A DNA stretch of 64,000 nucleotides from an uncultured Nitrososphaerota archaeon. Lineage in GTDB: Archaea; Thermoproteota; EX4484-205; JAAOZO01. Both the position numbers and the translations under genes were made by a program. The stretch is taken from assembly GCA_964408285.1 (NCBI GenBank), contig CAYOYV010000001.1, forward strand, positions 96,001 through 160,000, read 5' to 3'. The notes under the pieces are model-generated. The model searched no databases, was not told the DNA's origin, and saw only the letters and a program-made list of their open reading frames with translations. Below are positions 40,396-49,775 of this stretch, one piece after another (the first letter of the stretch is position 1; every line of letters begins with the position of its first letter).

Positions 40396-42228
40396 ATGGC
40401 CACAGCAGCAGTATCCTATCGTCCCGAGATCGGACTTCTCCATATCCAGGCATCTGAGATCGGAGATGATATTGAGCAGCCCAAGAGGTTGGCTTGCTTC
40501 TACCTCAGATTCGCGGGTAGGACCGAGAGATTGAAGGTGGAAACGCCTAGAGGAATTGAAGAAATCACGTCAGAGAAGACAATCAGGGGGCTAATGGAAA
40601 GATCGAAAGCTATCTCAAGGACAATCAGAGCGGCGTCCTTTGACAAGCAGTTTTCGAAGTCAGTAGAGCTCGCTGAACTCAGCGTATATCCCGCGATAGG
40701 CCTTGCGTATTCTCCTTCCCAAAGAATCCACAAGCCACGGCGGGTCACATACGCCTTCTATTCCGAGGATGAGGCTACAAGACTGAATGTTGGGGAAAAG
40801 AGCACCAACTTGACCAAACACCCGCCTATGTCTCATCTAAGGATCTCAATTGACGAGGATAGACATCTCTATTCCGTCCAATACCTAGCCGAGGCCTACA
40901 ATAGGCTGATTTTAGATGTCTCTTTCTTCATGAGGGGGCTGATCTGCAAAGAGTTTCTCGACAGAGGCAGGTTCTCGGAATTTGTCATATTCCGTCAATC
41001 CATAGGAAAGTCATACCTCAGGAATGTGTCCGGAGGACTAACTGAGGATCTGGAGTCTTCGATTATTCATCATTCTTCGTTTAGATCGATTGGACTCTCA
41101 AAGCTCTATCCACTTCTCGTTGACGAAAAGGTCCAAGAAATATACCTCGATCGCGTGGGAAAGAGAATATACGTGGATCACTCTCTTTCCGGCAGACTGC
41201 TGACGAACATCCGTCCCCGAAGACAGGACATTGAAGCTTTGGTGACAAATCTCCGGCGGAATTCAGGGAGGGAGCTTGACGCTCGTGTTCCGTCAATAAA
41301 GGGTGACCTCCAAACAGATCTCTTCATCTCCAGAGTGGCAATAGACTGCTATCCCTTGGTTGATTCCGAATACGCTTTTGACATCAGGAAATTGAGACCC
41401 CGCCCCTTCTCCTTGTTGGAACTAACTAGACAGGGCTCAATAGACGACGTACTAGCTGCAATCCTAATATCAGCTATTGTCTCTAAGATGAATATTTCAA
41501 TAGTGGGTGAGCCAGGAAGCGGAAAAACGACGCTTCTCTGTGCCCTAGACCTTGTGACTCCTCCTTGGTGGAGAAAAATATACATCGAGGATGCTGTCGA
41601 ATTGAGGTCCTACAGTGAGTCCAATTCAGCCCATTGTCTGAGGATAATAGTGGATCCGTTCGAAAGCTCAGAATCTTCTAGGAGGAAATCAGATGAGATA
41701 ATCAAGGTTCTCCATCGGAATCCTTCGTATGTTGTTCTAGGAGAGGTACAATTCAAGGATCACTTCAAAGCTCTGTTCCAAGCGATGGCAGCTGGAATAA
41801 AGCTCATCCACACTGCTCACGCTCCTTCAGGCAGGGGCTTCATCCAAAGAGTCGTCAACGTGTATGGAATTCCTTCAGAGCTCGTGTCGAACCTGGATGT
41901 GCTGGTTGAGATGGAGAAACTCGAATCTTTCCGAGACGTCAGAAGAGTCGTTTCAGGCGCATATTTCCTGACGGGCAATGACCCAAGTGGTAAGGAACAG
42001 GGGCAACAGAGCTCGCTGAGAGAGATTGGCAGATGTCCCCGCATTGAGGATGGCCATCGGATTCTTGAGGAACTCGAGACAAAGAACAGAAAGCACAGCG
42101 GATCAGTCGTCGCCTTGTTTGACCAAGTCTTGGATTCAATACATACAGCTCAGGAAAACGGATCGGAGATCCTAAGATTTCCTCTCCAACATCCCCGGAG
42201 GAACGACGGCTCAGGATCGACAGGGTGA
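40396..42228 (+). CDS. Type II/IV secretion (TadA/VirB11/FlaI family) assembly ATPase
   Basis: GEPGSGKTT, IEDAVEL, VLGEVQ and HTAHA motifs. Confidence 0.9.
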   Translation: MATAAVSYRPEIGLLHIQASEIGDDIEQPKRLACFYLRFAGRTERLKVETPRGIEEITSEKTIRGLMERSKAISRTIRAASFDKQFSKSVELAELSVYPAIGLAYSPSQRIHKPRRVTYAFYSEDEATRLNVGEKSTNLTKHPPMSHLRISIDEDRHLYSVQYLAEAYNRLILDVSFFMRGLICKEFLDRGRFSEFVIFRQSIGKSYLRNVSGGLTEDLESSIIHHSSFRSIGLSKLYPLLVDEKVQEIYLDRVGKRIYVDHSLSGRLLTNIRPRRQDIEALVTNLRRNSGRELDARVPSIKGDLQTDLFISRVAIDCYPLVDSEYAFDIRKLRPRPFSLLELTRQGSIDDVLAAILISAIVSKMNISIVGEPGSGKTTLLCALDLVTPPWWRKIYIEDAVELRSYSESNSAHCLRIIVDPFESSESSRRKSDEIIKVLHRNPSYVVLGEVQFKDHFKALFQAMAAGIKLIHTAHAPSGRGFIQRVVNVYGIPSELVSNLDVLVEMEKLESFRDVRRVVSGAYFLTGNDPSGKEQGQQSSLREIGRCPRIEDGHRILEELETKNRKHSGSVVALFDQVLDSIHTAQENGSEILRFPLQHPRRNDGSGSTG

Positions 42229-42238
42229 GCGCCAACAG

Positions 42239-42790
42239 ATGGATGGTTTGACGAAATCCCGAAACCGTGTAGCCTCACTCGCGAGAATCACCCGAAGGCG
42301 CTTCCTGCCCATGTCAAAGCGCAGTAGACCGGATTCCTATCTGTTTTTCCTATTCTTCTCCCTCAGGAAAGCCGGTCTGTCGTTTCCGGAGGTGTGGCAT
42401 CGGTTGGCAGAAATCGAGAACGAGCCCGCTCTGATTACCTCGATGGTCAACAGGCTGACCCAAAGGAATCGTTACAGAGGATCAAGTCTATCTGGCAAGC
42501 TACACCGTTGGGAAGGCTTGCTTAACATGAGAGATGGGGTCAGATCCAGACTTGTCTTGCTTGAGACAAGTATCAGAAATCGATTCAGAATAGGAGCTGC
42601 TAACATGCAGATGAAGCTCATAGTGCTGACATTCTTTCTTTTCGTTGTGCCTTTTTCAGCCTTAGTGTCATGGTCATACCTTCTCGGGGCTAGAACGGAT
42701 TTGCTGGTTCTTTTCGTCCTCATGTATCCTCCCTTCCTAAGTATAATTTCGGAATGGGCCACGAAGACCGATGAGGAACTGGTCTGCTGA
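42239..42790 (+). CDS. TadB/TadC-like membrane platform protein
   Basis: SLRKAGLSFPEVW plus two C-terminal TM helices; directly follows the ATPase. Confidence 0.55.
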   Translation: MDGLTKSRNRVASLARITRRRFLPMSKRSRPDSYLFFLFFSLRKAGLSFPEVWHRLAEIENEPALITSMVNRLTQRNRYRGSSLSGKLHRWEGLLNMRDGVRSRLVLLETSIRNRFRIGAANMQMKLIVLTFFLFVVPFSALVSWSYLLGARTDLLVLFVLMYPPFLSIISEWATKTDEELVC

Positions 42791-43574
42791 ATTGGGTGGT
42801 ATGCTTTGGCCAATATCTTGCGTGTTAGCATCAATCGTCATATCGACAGCGCCAATGGATGACGAGTTCAGGATAGCTCTGGCTTCAATGCTCTCCTTGT
42901 TGCTCGCCTTTGCGGCCTCACTTCACAGCGTCCAAAGAAAAAGGGAGATTCGCCAGAAAGAGCAGCTTCTCGATTTCTATTCAGGTCTTTCCGAGAATTT
43001 CTCAGCAGGATTGGGACAGGAAGCATCGTTCCTTATGCAGGCCAACTCGAGCGAGTTGCTCAGCAGACAAGGAAGATCTTGGATCATTCTTGAGTTGGCC
43101 GGGGGAATGAAACTCGAAAGGCTCCTTGAGAAAACGGCTGAAAAGGGGAGGGGGCTTGAGAGACAATTGCCTGAAGTCTTCGGACATCTGCTTCTGAGCG
43201 GCATGGCAAGGACAAGTGTGGCATCAGAGATCCTGAACCTCTGGACAGAGAATCTAGCCATATCGACAGAAACTGACCGCTTGTTGTCGGAGACCTCATC
43301 TAGGGCCCAATTCCTTTACTTTCTGAATTCGTTTGCTTTCGGCTTTCTCGCTTCCTCATTCAGTCTGATCCGAAAGATGGCCAATCCCTTTGATGCCTTG
43401 ACTCGCGTTTCGTCGAATCCGTTGGTTCCACTGGCCATTTTCGCGTTTCAGTCGACTATCTACCTGCTTGTGTGCAAGAGGTTCAGCTTCACAAGACAGC
43501 TGGAAAAATACGCGATATCCGCATTGATCTTCTGGGGGACCTTCTTGTGCTTCCAAGGCGTTCTGGATTATTGA
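42771..43574 (+). CDS. TadC-like membrane platform protein
   Basis: TM - LLDFYSGLSENFSAGLG..ASF - ..AGGMKLERLL - TM pattern of T2SS-F domains. Confidence 0.65.
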   Translation: MRNWSAELGGMLWPISCVLASIVISTAPMDDEFRIALASMLSLLLAFAASLHSVQRKREIRQKEQLLDFYSGLSENFSAGLGQEASFLMQANSSELLSRQGRSWIILELAGGMKLERLLEKTAEKGRGLERQLPEVFGHLLLSGMARTSVASEILNLWTENLAISTETDRLLSETSSRAQFLYFLNSFAFGFLASSFSLIRKMANPFDALTRVSSNPLVPLAIFAFQSTIYLLVCKRFSFTRQLEKYAISALIFWGTFLCFQGVLDY

Positions 43575-43585
43575 TTCATTGGGGA

Positions 43586-43592
43586 TTATATA
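43586..43592 (+). promoter_or_regulatory. Putative TATA box of the major pilin gene
   Basis: TTATATA 22 bp before the ATG, inside an imperfect GGGG..TATA..TATA.CCCC inverted repeat. Confidence 0.5.
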
Positions 43593-43613
43593 CGCTATAG
43601 CCCCTATCCGGCG

Positions 43614-43814
43614 ATGACTCAGAAAAAGAAAGCAAGGATAAAGGCTTCACAGCTGATAGAGGAGGGTCTGCTGATAGTGTTGGCTCTTGTGATGGTCGGC
43701 GCAGTATTCGGCGTCTCCAAGTCCTTGGTAACGGGCATAAGCGGCTTTTTCGATAATATAATAAAGGGAATAGGGGACATCGCATATAGTCTCTTCGGTT
43801 GGGTAATTCCATAG
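43614..43814 (+). CDS. Major pilin, Flp-sized, class III signal peptide
   Basis: MTQKKKARIKA|SQLIEEGLLIVLALVMVGAVFG: basic leader, Glu at +5, hydrophobic helix. Confidence 0.8.
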   Translation: MTQKKKARIKASQLIEEGLLIVLALVMVGAVFGVSKSLVTGISGFFDNIIKGIGDIAYSLFGWVIP

Positions 43815-43831
43815 CCTCTCCTTGATCTCAG

Positions 43832-45700
43832 ATGAACGAGAAGTCCGAGCGGGCCATATTCGTCAGCCTTGCAGCAATGTCATTGATCCTTTTCGGATTG
43901 AAACTTCTTTCTCGTGACCTTGTTTCGAATCAGCTGTCTTATCTGCTATTGACAGTGGCCAGCTGCTCTTGCATCTTCGCTTTGACATATTTCATCGGAA
44001 GGTCAGTTCGCGAGATATCAGTATCGTCATTTCTGGATGGCAGCCGTAGTGGCGACGTTGCGATATTGAAAGGAAAAAAGGATACCATACTCATCAAGGG
44101 GTTTGAGGTCATAGAGGGCCCTGACCCAGATCCAAAGTACTCGCAGTCGGAGAGCAGATCTCCACAGGCCCAAACGCCCCTTGAAGCATTGGTCAGGGTA
44201 GGAGTACAAGCAAGAATCATTACATCTGTTTCTACACCATCCAATATAATTTCCTCCTCGGCTGGCAATGATATCGAACGACAAGGGTTGATTAGAACTG
44301 TCGTCCTTGTCTTCGAGAAATGCGAATCCTCTGAGTCCGCAGAAGCTAGGAATATTCTCGATAGGCAGTGTGAGGTGGCGAAGTCTGCAATGCTGACGTC
44401 AACTAGGAATTGCCGAGTCAATCAACTGATTGGAGAAGCCCTGCTTGATTATCTCGAGGGGCTCTATCTTTACGATCATCGGAACCAGGGCGTTCGTCAA
44501 GCTGCGACTTTTCTCAGAAGCGTCTCCTTGGCTCATTTCCAGGATGGCAGGTTTATTGACATAGTCGGAGGCTCCTTCATTCCGCCTCCCCAGAACACCG
44601 AGAGAATCCATTTGGGCAACACTCTTTATGCAGGGGTCATGGGTCCAGATTGCACTATCCCACTATCCTCCTTATCTAGGCATGTGACAATATTCGGCTG
44701 TACTGGGGCAGGAAAATCGAATACGGCCAAGGCTTTGCTCATGACTCTTGTGAATAGGGACATACCCGTACTTGTTCTGGACTTCCACAATGAATACCTA
44801 GGCCTCATGGCTGCCATCGGCGGCCTAGCGATACGATTCGGGGGCGAATGCCATATTGATCTGCTGAACCCAGTCGATGCTGGCAATTTCATAGATCATG
44901 TCACAGTCGTTGCCGATGTCTTCGATCACGCCTATCACTTCACGGCCTCTCAGCAATTCGTCTTCAGAGAAGCACTGATGAGAACCTTCGCCTCCTGCAC
45001 ACTCGGCGGGAACCGCCCCACACTTGAGGATGTTGTGAATGAGATTGAGCGATATGAAACCAAGACCTTCTACGAACATGAGACGAAATTCGCCTTGCTG
45101 AGGAGGCTCAAACCATTGATCGAGGGAGAGGGCAGGAAGGCATTCGTCAATGGCAGACCGATGAACGTTCACGAACTGTCCAAGAGGCCTTGCGCACTCG
45201 CATTCGGAGACCTGAAGAATACCGGTCTAAGGAAACTGGCAGCAACAATGATCTTGGCCCTCCTCTACGAACTGAGACTATCCGAGGGGGCAAGTCCCAT
45301 CAGACATGCAACCATAATAGAGGAATCTCAGAATGTTCTGCCCTATAGGCTCAGAACAGAGGAAGCGACGATCATCGAGAGAATGTTCTTTGAGATGAGA
45401 AAGTATGGAGAATGCCTAGTTTTGCTGGCCCAATTCCCAACACAAATATTCCCGGACGTGACAAAATCTGCTGGGACAAAGTTGGTTCACAGACTGACGG
45501 AGGCTGGAGAGGCGGAGCTAATCATGGATGTGATGGGACTGGGGAGAAATCTGTATTCTCAGCTTAAGTACTTGCCGGAGGGACGGGCCATTGCCCTCAT
45601 TGAAGGTCTTAGCTACCCGATCACTATTCAGATCCCTCTTGCAGAGTCATATTCGCCACCTTCACGGCTTCAGCCAGTTCATTCGATTGATACAGCCTAG
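43832..45700 (+). CDS. Membrane-anchored HerA/VirB4-like (DUF87; CedB-like) ATPase
   Basis: Two N-terminal TM helices; HVTIFGCTGAGKS, LDFHNEY, IIEESQN, EMRKYG and AQFP motifs. Confidence 0.85.
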   Translation: MNEKSERAIFVSLAAMSLILFGLKLLSRDLVSNQLSYLLLTVASCSCIFALTYFIGRSVREISVSSFLDGSRSGDVAILKGKKDTILIKGFEVIEGPDPDPKYSQSESRSPQAQTPLEALVRVGVQARIITSVSTPSNIISSSAGNDIERQGLIRTVVLVFEKCESSESAEARNILDRQCEVAKSAMLTSTRNCRVNQLIGEALLDYLEGLYLYDHRNQGVRQAATFLRSVSLAHFQDGRFIDIVGGSFIPPPQNTERIHLGNTLYAGVMGPDCTIPLSSLSRHVTIFGCTGAGKSNTAKALLMTLVNRDIPVLVLDFHNEYLGLMAAIGGLAIRFGGECHIDLLNPVDAGNFIDHVTVVADVFDHAYHFTASQQFVFREALMRTFASCTLGGNRPTLEDVVNEIERYETKTFYEHETKFALLRRLKPLIEGEGRKAFVNGRPMNVHELSKRPCALAFGDLKNTGLRKLAATMILALLYELRLSEGASPIRHATIIEESQNVLPYRLRTEEATIIERMFFEMRKYGECLVLLAQFPTQIFPDVTKSAGTKLVHRLTEAGEAELIMDVMGLGRNLYSQLKYLPEGRAIALIEGLSYPITIQIPLAESYSPPSRLQPVHSIDTA

Positions 45701-45836
45701 AACTGGATTTCTGCTTGGGTGCAATCCTGGCTCCACAATAGGGACATTGCCTCCGCTTTGTCCCGACCTTCATGCCGGTGTAGCGTCCACAATCGGAGCA
45801 TCTAACTAGAAGATACAGAGTCCTTGCCAAGTTCAA
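45624..45836 (-). CDS. DUF1922-like zinc-ribbon protein
   Basis: YLLVRCSDCGRY...QCPYCG; follows the adenylate kinase gene. Confidence 0.7.
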   Translation of the reverse strand: MNLARTLYLLVRCSDCGRYTGMKVGTKRRQCPYCGARIAPKQKSSSRLYQSNELAEAVKVANMTLQEGSE

Positions 45837-46401
45837 GAAACCTCCTGATCTCTTCTTCCTTCATCTTGAGAGTCCAATCTATGGAAGGTCTGCTGCCCAC
45901 GAATCCGGTCTCGATGAAGCGTCGGAGAGCTCTGCTGAGCTGGCAGATGGTCTTACCAGTTGAGTCTATTTCGAATACATGCGTCCTGTCCTTGAGCTCG
46001 GATGAGATCAGCCCTATGAACTCAGCAATCGAATTGTCCTTTGCTTTCTTGGCTCCGTAGCGCCTCTGCAATCTCCGATATAGCTGCGAGGGCTCCAATC
46101 TCATCAGGAAGATGCCAGCCTTCGACTCCTTAGGTACAACATGGTGCGAGAAAGAACCATCTAACAGAACAACACGGTCTCCCCTTTCACGGACGAGTTT
46201 CGCTATAGCTTTCTTGAGCCTTCCCATGTCCGCAACGTATGCCTCTCTGCCCCTGTCGTAGCTCCGATAGATGTGTTGTTTCCTGACAAGCTCACCTATT
46301 TCGATATATCCATAGCCGGATTCCCTTGTTGCGTGTCGGCATAAGGTTGTCTTGCCAACCCCCGGGGTGCCCGTTACTGCAATTACCCTTGCTCTCGTCA
46401 A
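45802..46401 (-). CDS. Atypical adenylate kinase (AK6/Fap7 family)
   Basis: VTGTPGVGKTT, RLQRRY..KAKDN..AE and IDW motifs. Confidence 0.88.
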   Translation of the reverse strand: MTRARVIAVTGTPGVGKTTLCRHATRESGYGYIEIGELVRKQHIYRSYDRGREAYVADMGRLKKAIAKLVRERGDRVVLLDGSFSHHVVPKESKAGIFLMRLEPSQLYRRLQRRYGAKKAKDNSIAEFIGLISSELKDRTHVFEIDSTGKTICQLSRALRRFIETGFVGSRPSIDWTLKMKEEEIRRFLELGKDSVSSS

Positions 46402-46612
46402 TGCCTAAGTTAATGTGGGATCAGGTTATAATAACCTAATCTGAGTCGGTTGGCTGGAACCACCAGATATTGGGACGAAGGCTTTTGATTCAAGAAAATG
46501 CAGGGAATGCCACACGCGGACTCCCAGAAACGGATCGAAAAGGAGAAGCCCAAATATGAGTGATCTGAGATCTCCGCAATCTTAATCAATTGCTGAGAGA
46601 ACGGACAGAGAG

Positions 46613-46714
46613 GCTCCGGTGGTGTAGTCCGGTCAAGTTGGCCGATAGCATGCGAGCCTCTCGGTAATCTGAGGGGGAGAGCTCGCAACCCGGGTTCAAA
46701 TCCCGGCCGGAGCA
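46613..46714 (+). tRNA. tRNA-Glu(CTC) with two introns (D-loop, 11 nt at 46636-46646; 37/38, 16 nt at 46664-46679)
   Basis: Acceptor GCTCCGG/CCGGAGC-A; CGAGC CT-CTC-G|A GCTCG; T loop TTCAAAT; BHB helices CGGT:GCCG and CTCT:GGGG. Confidence 0.93.
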
Positions 46715-46739
46715 CCTCGAATACTCGATGAGGGGAAAT

Positions 46740-48368
46740 TCACTCCTGTTGCTTTTTCTCTGGCATCTTCATCGAGAGCAACATGTCATCGATCCTAAGG
46801 AGTATTGATGCCAACTCCGTCGACGAATTCAGTATCGTCCTCACCGTTCTAAGTGGCTCCCATATTCCTCTCTTCTTTGCATCGGCTATCTCGCCCTTGA
46901 CCGAATCTATGCCGACATAAGTGCCCTTCTTGTTTGAGTGGGCGGCTCTGAGGTCGCCCAGAGCCTTTGTTACCTTCATCCCTGAATTGTCAGCTATGGC
47001 CTGAACGACATCCGTTAGGGAATCGGAGAAGGCCTCAATGACCATCGCCATCTCCCCCTTCTTATTGGTAGAATATCTTTTGGTTCGGATTGCCAGTTCA
47101 GCGAAATCGGATGCTCCGGTCGGAACGACCTTAGGCTCTGTGAATAGCATTTGGATCCCTGCTAGTGCCTTCTTGATGGCTCTCTCGTTCTCCTTCATGA
47201 GTTCCTTGTTGACTCCCCTAAGAAGGATGGACACCGATCTTGACTTGAGACCGCCTTCGATCATGACGGCCTTTTCGTTTTCTAGCTTCCTCTCCTCCAC
47301 TACAGAGGCGCTTCCAAGGATTGCAGGCGTAACGTCCAGATAGTAGCTCACGATTTTGCCTCCTGTGGCTCTCGCCAATTTCTCTATGTCCGATCTCTTG
47401 ACATTCTTGATGGCCAGAATCCCTGCCTTGGCCAAAGAAGAGCTCGAGGTATCGTCGATACCCTTCTGGCATATCAGCACATTCGCCCCGCTGTCCAAAA
47501 CCTTCTTGATCTTGTCTGTCACAGACTTCCTTTCTTCGGCCTTTAGCTTCATATAGGACTGCGGATCCGTGAATTCCAGTTCAGACGATATCTCTGTTTT
47601 CTTAACTTCCAATGGGAAGTCTATTATTGCGATCCTTGCTCCAAGTATCCTGTCTGGCATGTTGGGGTGAACTATCTCCTTCTCGATTATCAGTCCCTTG
47701 ACCAGTGACGATGAAGAAACATCTCCCCCGGCCTTACTGATTATTGCCACATTATCTGAGTCAAGCTTCATCTGCCCGTCAATCTGCTCAGAGACGCTGT
47801 CGACTGCCTCCATGATTAGATCGGTGAACTTGTCTGACGCCTGTAAGTCGCTTCTGCTAAGCGTAGGAAGTAGTATGGTCCTCACCACGTTCCTTACCCC
47901 TTCCTTACTCGATGGAGGAGCATTCATGGCCATTCTCCCCAGAATTGCAGTACAGAACTTGAGCGCGTCGGCGTATCCTTGGGCTACTATTGCAGGGTGA
48001 ATGCCCTTCTCATACAGATCTGCACCATGCCTAACTAGCCTTGAGGTCAGGAAGATAGCCCTAGATGAGCCATCACCTTCATTCTTATCTAATGTCTTTG
48101 CCGCTTCTACATATAGCTTCCCGACTGGGTGCTCTATGTTGGCCTCAGAGAGAATCGTGATGCCACTCTTGCTGTAAGTCACATCCCCGAAGCTCCCGAC
48201 GAGCATCTTGTTCAATCCTCGGGGACCAATGGATGTCCTGACGACCTCGCCGACTATGGAGCTAACAGACAGAATGTTGGACAGTGCGTCTTCCCCACTC
48301 GTCCTAGCCACGTTCTCTTTCATTATGTACACAGGTTGACCCCGAATTTGAGCCGGAATGGCTTCCAA
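46740..48368 (-). CDS. Thermosome (group II chaperonin) subunit, divergent
   Basis: IGPRGLNKML, EHP, HPNMP, CQKGID and ILRID motifs; ATPase motifs altered. Confidence 0.9.
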   Translation of the reverse strand: MEAIPAQIRGQPVYIMKENVARTSGEDALSNILSVSSIVGEVVRTSIGPRGLNKMLVGSFGDVTYSKSGITILSEANIEHPVGKLYVEAAKTLDKNEGDGSSRAIFLTSRLVRHGADLYEKGIHPAIVAQGYADALKFCTAILGRMAMNAPPSSKEGVRNVVRTILLPTLSRSDLQASDKFTDLIMEAVDSVSEQIDGQMKLDSDNVAIISKAGGDVSSSSLVKGLIIEKEIVHPNMPDRILGARIAIIDFPLEVKKTEISSELEFTDPQSYMKLKAEERKSVTDKIKKVLDSGANVLICQKGIDDTSSSSLAKAGILAIKNVKRSDIEKLARATGGKIVSYYLDVTPAILGSASVVEERKLENEKAVMIEGGLKSRSVSILLRGVNKELMKENERAIKKALAGIQMLFTEPKVVPTGASDFAELAIRTKRYSTNKKGEMAMVIEAFSDSLTDVVQAIADNSGMKVTKALGDLRAAHSNKKGTYVGIDSVKGEIADAKKRGIWEPLRTVRTILNSSTELASILLRIDDMLLSMKMPEKKQQE

Positions 48369-48466
48369 ACAGAATCACCAAGAAGCTGACGCGGAATGCC
48401 TGATAAAAAGGTTTTTGTCTTAATCCTTAAATAACTGTGGCAGTTCTCGACCGAGGAACGGATCGA

Positions 48467-48757
48467 TTGGGGAGAATCTACGACGCACGCATCAAGAAGT
48501 TGGGCGATGAAATACTGAACAAGTACCAAAATCAGTTAACAACCGAATTCCACGAGAACAAGAGGATTATTTCAGGGAAAATGAATACACGTTCCAAATT
48601 CATTATCAACAAAGTCACAGGATATGTGACATCCAAGGTCCACAAAATGCGAAGTGTGACTGAAGAACCCGGCACTGAATCAACTGGGACAGCAGAAGGG
48701 GAAGAGCTGAAACAAGAGGAGGCGACCACTGAGACGAATGAACCTGCTGATAACTGA
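48467..48757 (+). CDS. rps17e: 30S ribosomal protein S17e with acidic tail
   Basis: GRI...IKKL...F.ENK...SK...NKVTGYVT; TTG start assumed. Confidence 0.88.
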   Translation: MGRIYDARIKKLGDEILNKYQNQLTTEFHENKRIISGKMNTRSKFIINKVTGYVTSKVHKMRSVTEEPGTESTGTAEGEELKQEEATTETNEPADN

Positions 48758-49106
48758 GGAATCATATGGGTGGGCCCGGAGAAAGGTAACCGAAGCAAAG
48801 ATGGCTCTTTCAAGTTATCTAGCCGAGTCAGGAAATGATGGTAACGCCATTCTGGTTAGCTCACTTGAGGACATCAAACAAGCGCTACTCTACATTGACT
48901 GCGGGGATTCAGGTATCGGATTGGAAGCTATTCAAGGAAGAGGTTCAGCATATTACAAACTGATAGAATATATCGACGGGGCAATAGCGGCTACCAACCT
49001 GCTTGATGATAGGTCGGCATTTCTGTACAACTTCGCTTTCAATCTAGTGACCATGGCAGAGCAACTGCTTGGGCAAGTAGAGCAAATATGGGGATTCAAT
49101 CGCTAG
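48738..49106 (+). CDS. Hypothetical helical protein
   Basis: Overlaps the rps17e end; no family recognised. Confidence 0.55.
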   Translation: MNLLITEESYGWARRKVTEAKMALSSYLAESGNDGNAILVSSLEDIKQALLYIDCGDSGIGLEAIQGRGSAYYKLIEYIDGAIAATNLLDDRSAFLYNFAFNLVTMAEQLLGQVEQIWGFNR

Positions 49107-49714
49107 CTGTGGATTGAATGGATGTTTTTCCTTCTCCTACCAAGAGACCTCAAGACCCTATCTACTATGTATGGCTCCATCCCTATCTGAATGAATTTCT
49201 CCCTGATCTCTCGCGAACTCTTGCCTCTCCACTTGTTTAGCAACAACAGACTTGTCTCTCTTCCCTCGTAAGGGAATATGACCCACTTGCGAGTCCTTCT
49301 CACCCAGAAGTCCGGCCTGACCTCGCTCCAAGGCTTATAGAAGACGGTGGCGATTCTGAATGATTTCACATTCTCGCTTGCCAGATAGTCCCTGAGTCTC
49401 CTCAAGCTTTTCCCCGTATCCGCTACGTCATCGACGACTAGTACTTCTCTGCCGGCAACTGGTTCAGAGGGAGGCTGTGTTATTGTGGGATTCTGCGCTG
49501 TCTTAGCTATTCCCACATAAAATTCGATTTTCACTGTCGCGATATTTGGGTTGTCAAGCTCATCGGACAAGACTCTTAAGGGAACAAGGCCGCCTCTGTT
49601 TATGCCAAGCAACAGATCGAATTTCCTCCCAGAATTCTTCACTCTGTCTGCGAGCTCCAGACACAGTCTATAGAAGGGCCCCCACCCAACAACTTCAAAG
49701 TCCCTTACGGTCAT
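49103..49714 (-). CDS. Purine phosphoribosyltransferase (type I PRT)
   Basis: INRGGL, VLVVDDVADTGKSL and WVIFPYE motifs. Confidence 0.9.
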   Translation of the reverse strand: MTVRDFEVVGWGPFYRLCLELADRVKNSGRKFDLLLGINRGGLVPLRVLSDELDNPNIATVKIEFYVGIAKTAQNPTITQPPSEPVAGREVLVVDDVADTGKSLRRLRDYLASENVKSFRIATVFYKPWSEVRPDFWVRRTRKWVIFPYEGRETSLLLLNKWRGKSSREIREKFIQIGMEPYIVDRVLRSLGRRRKNIHSIHS

Positions 49715-49775
49715 GAGCTTTGGCCTGACGACCTGAAGAAGCGATATAAATCATATCCATCAGCATCACGCGTAC

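Noticed and set aside
46410-46715. 101-aa minus-strand ORF
   Set aside because: Antisense translation of tRNA-Glu (LRPGFEPG is a classic tRNA shadow)
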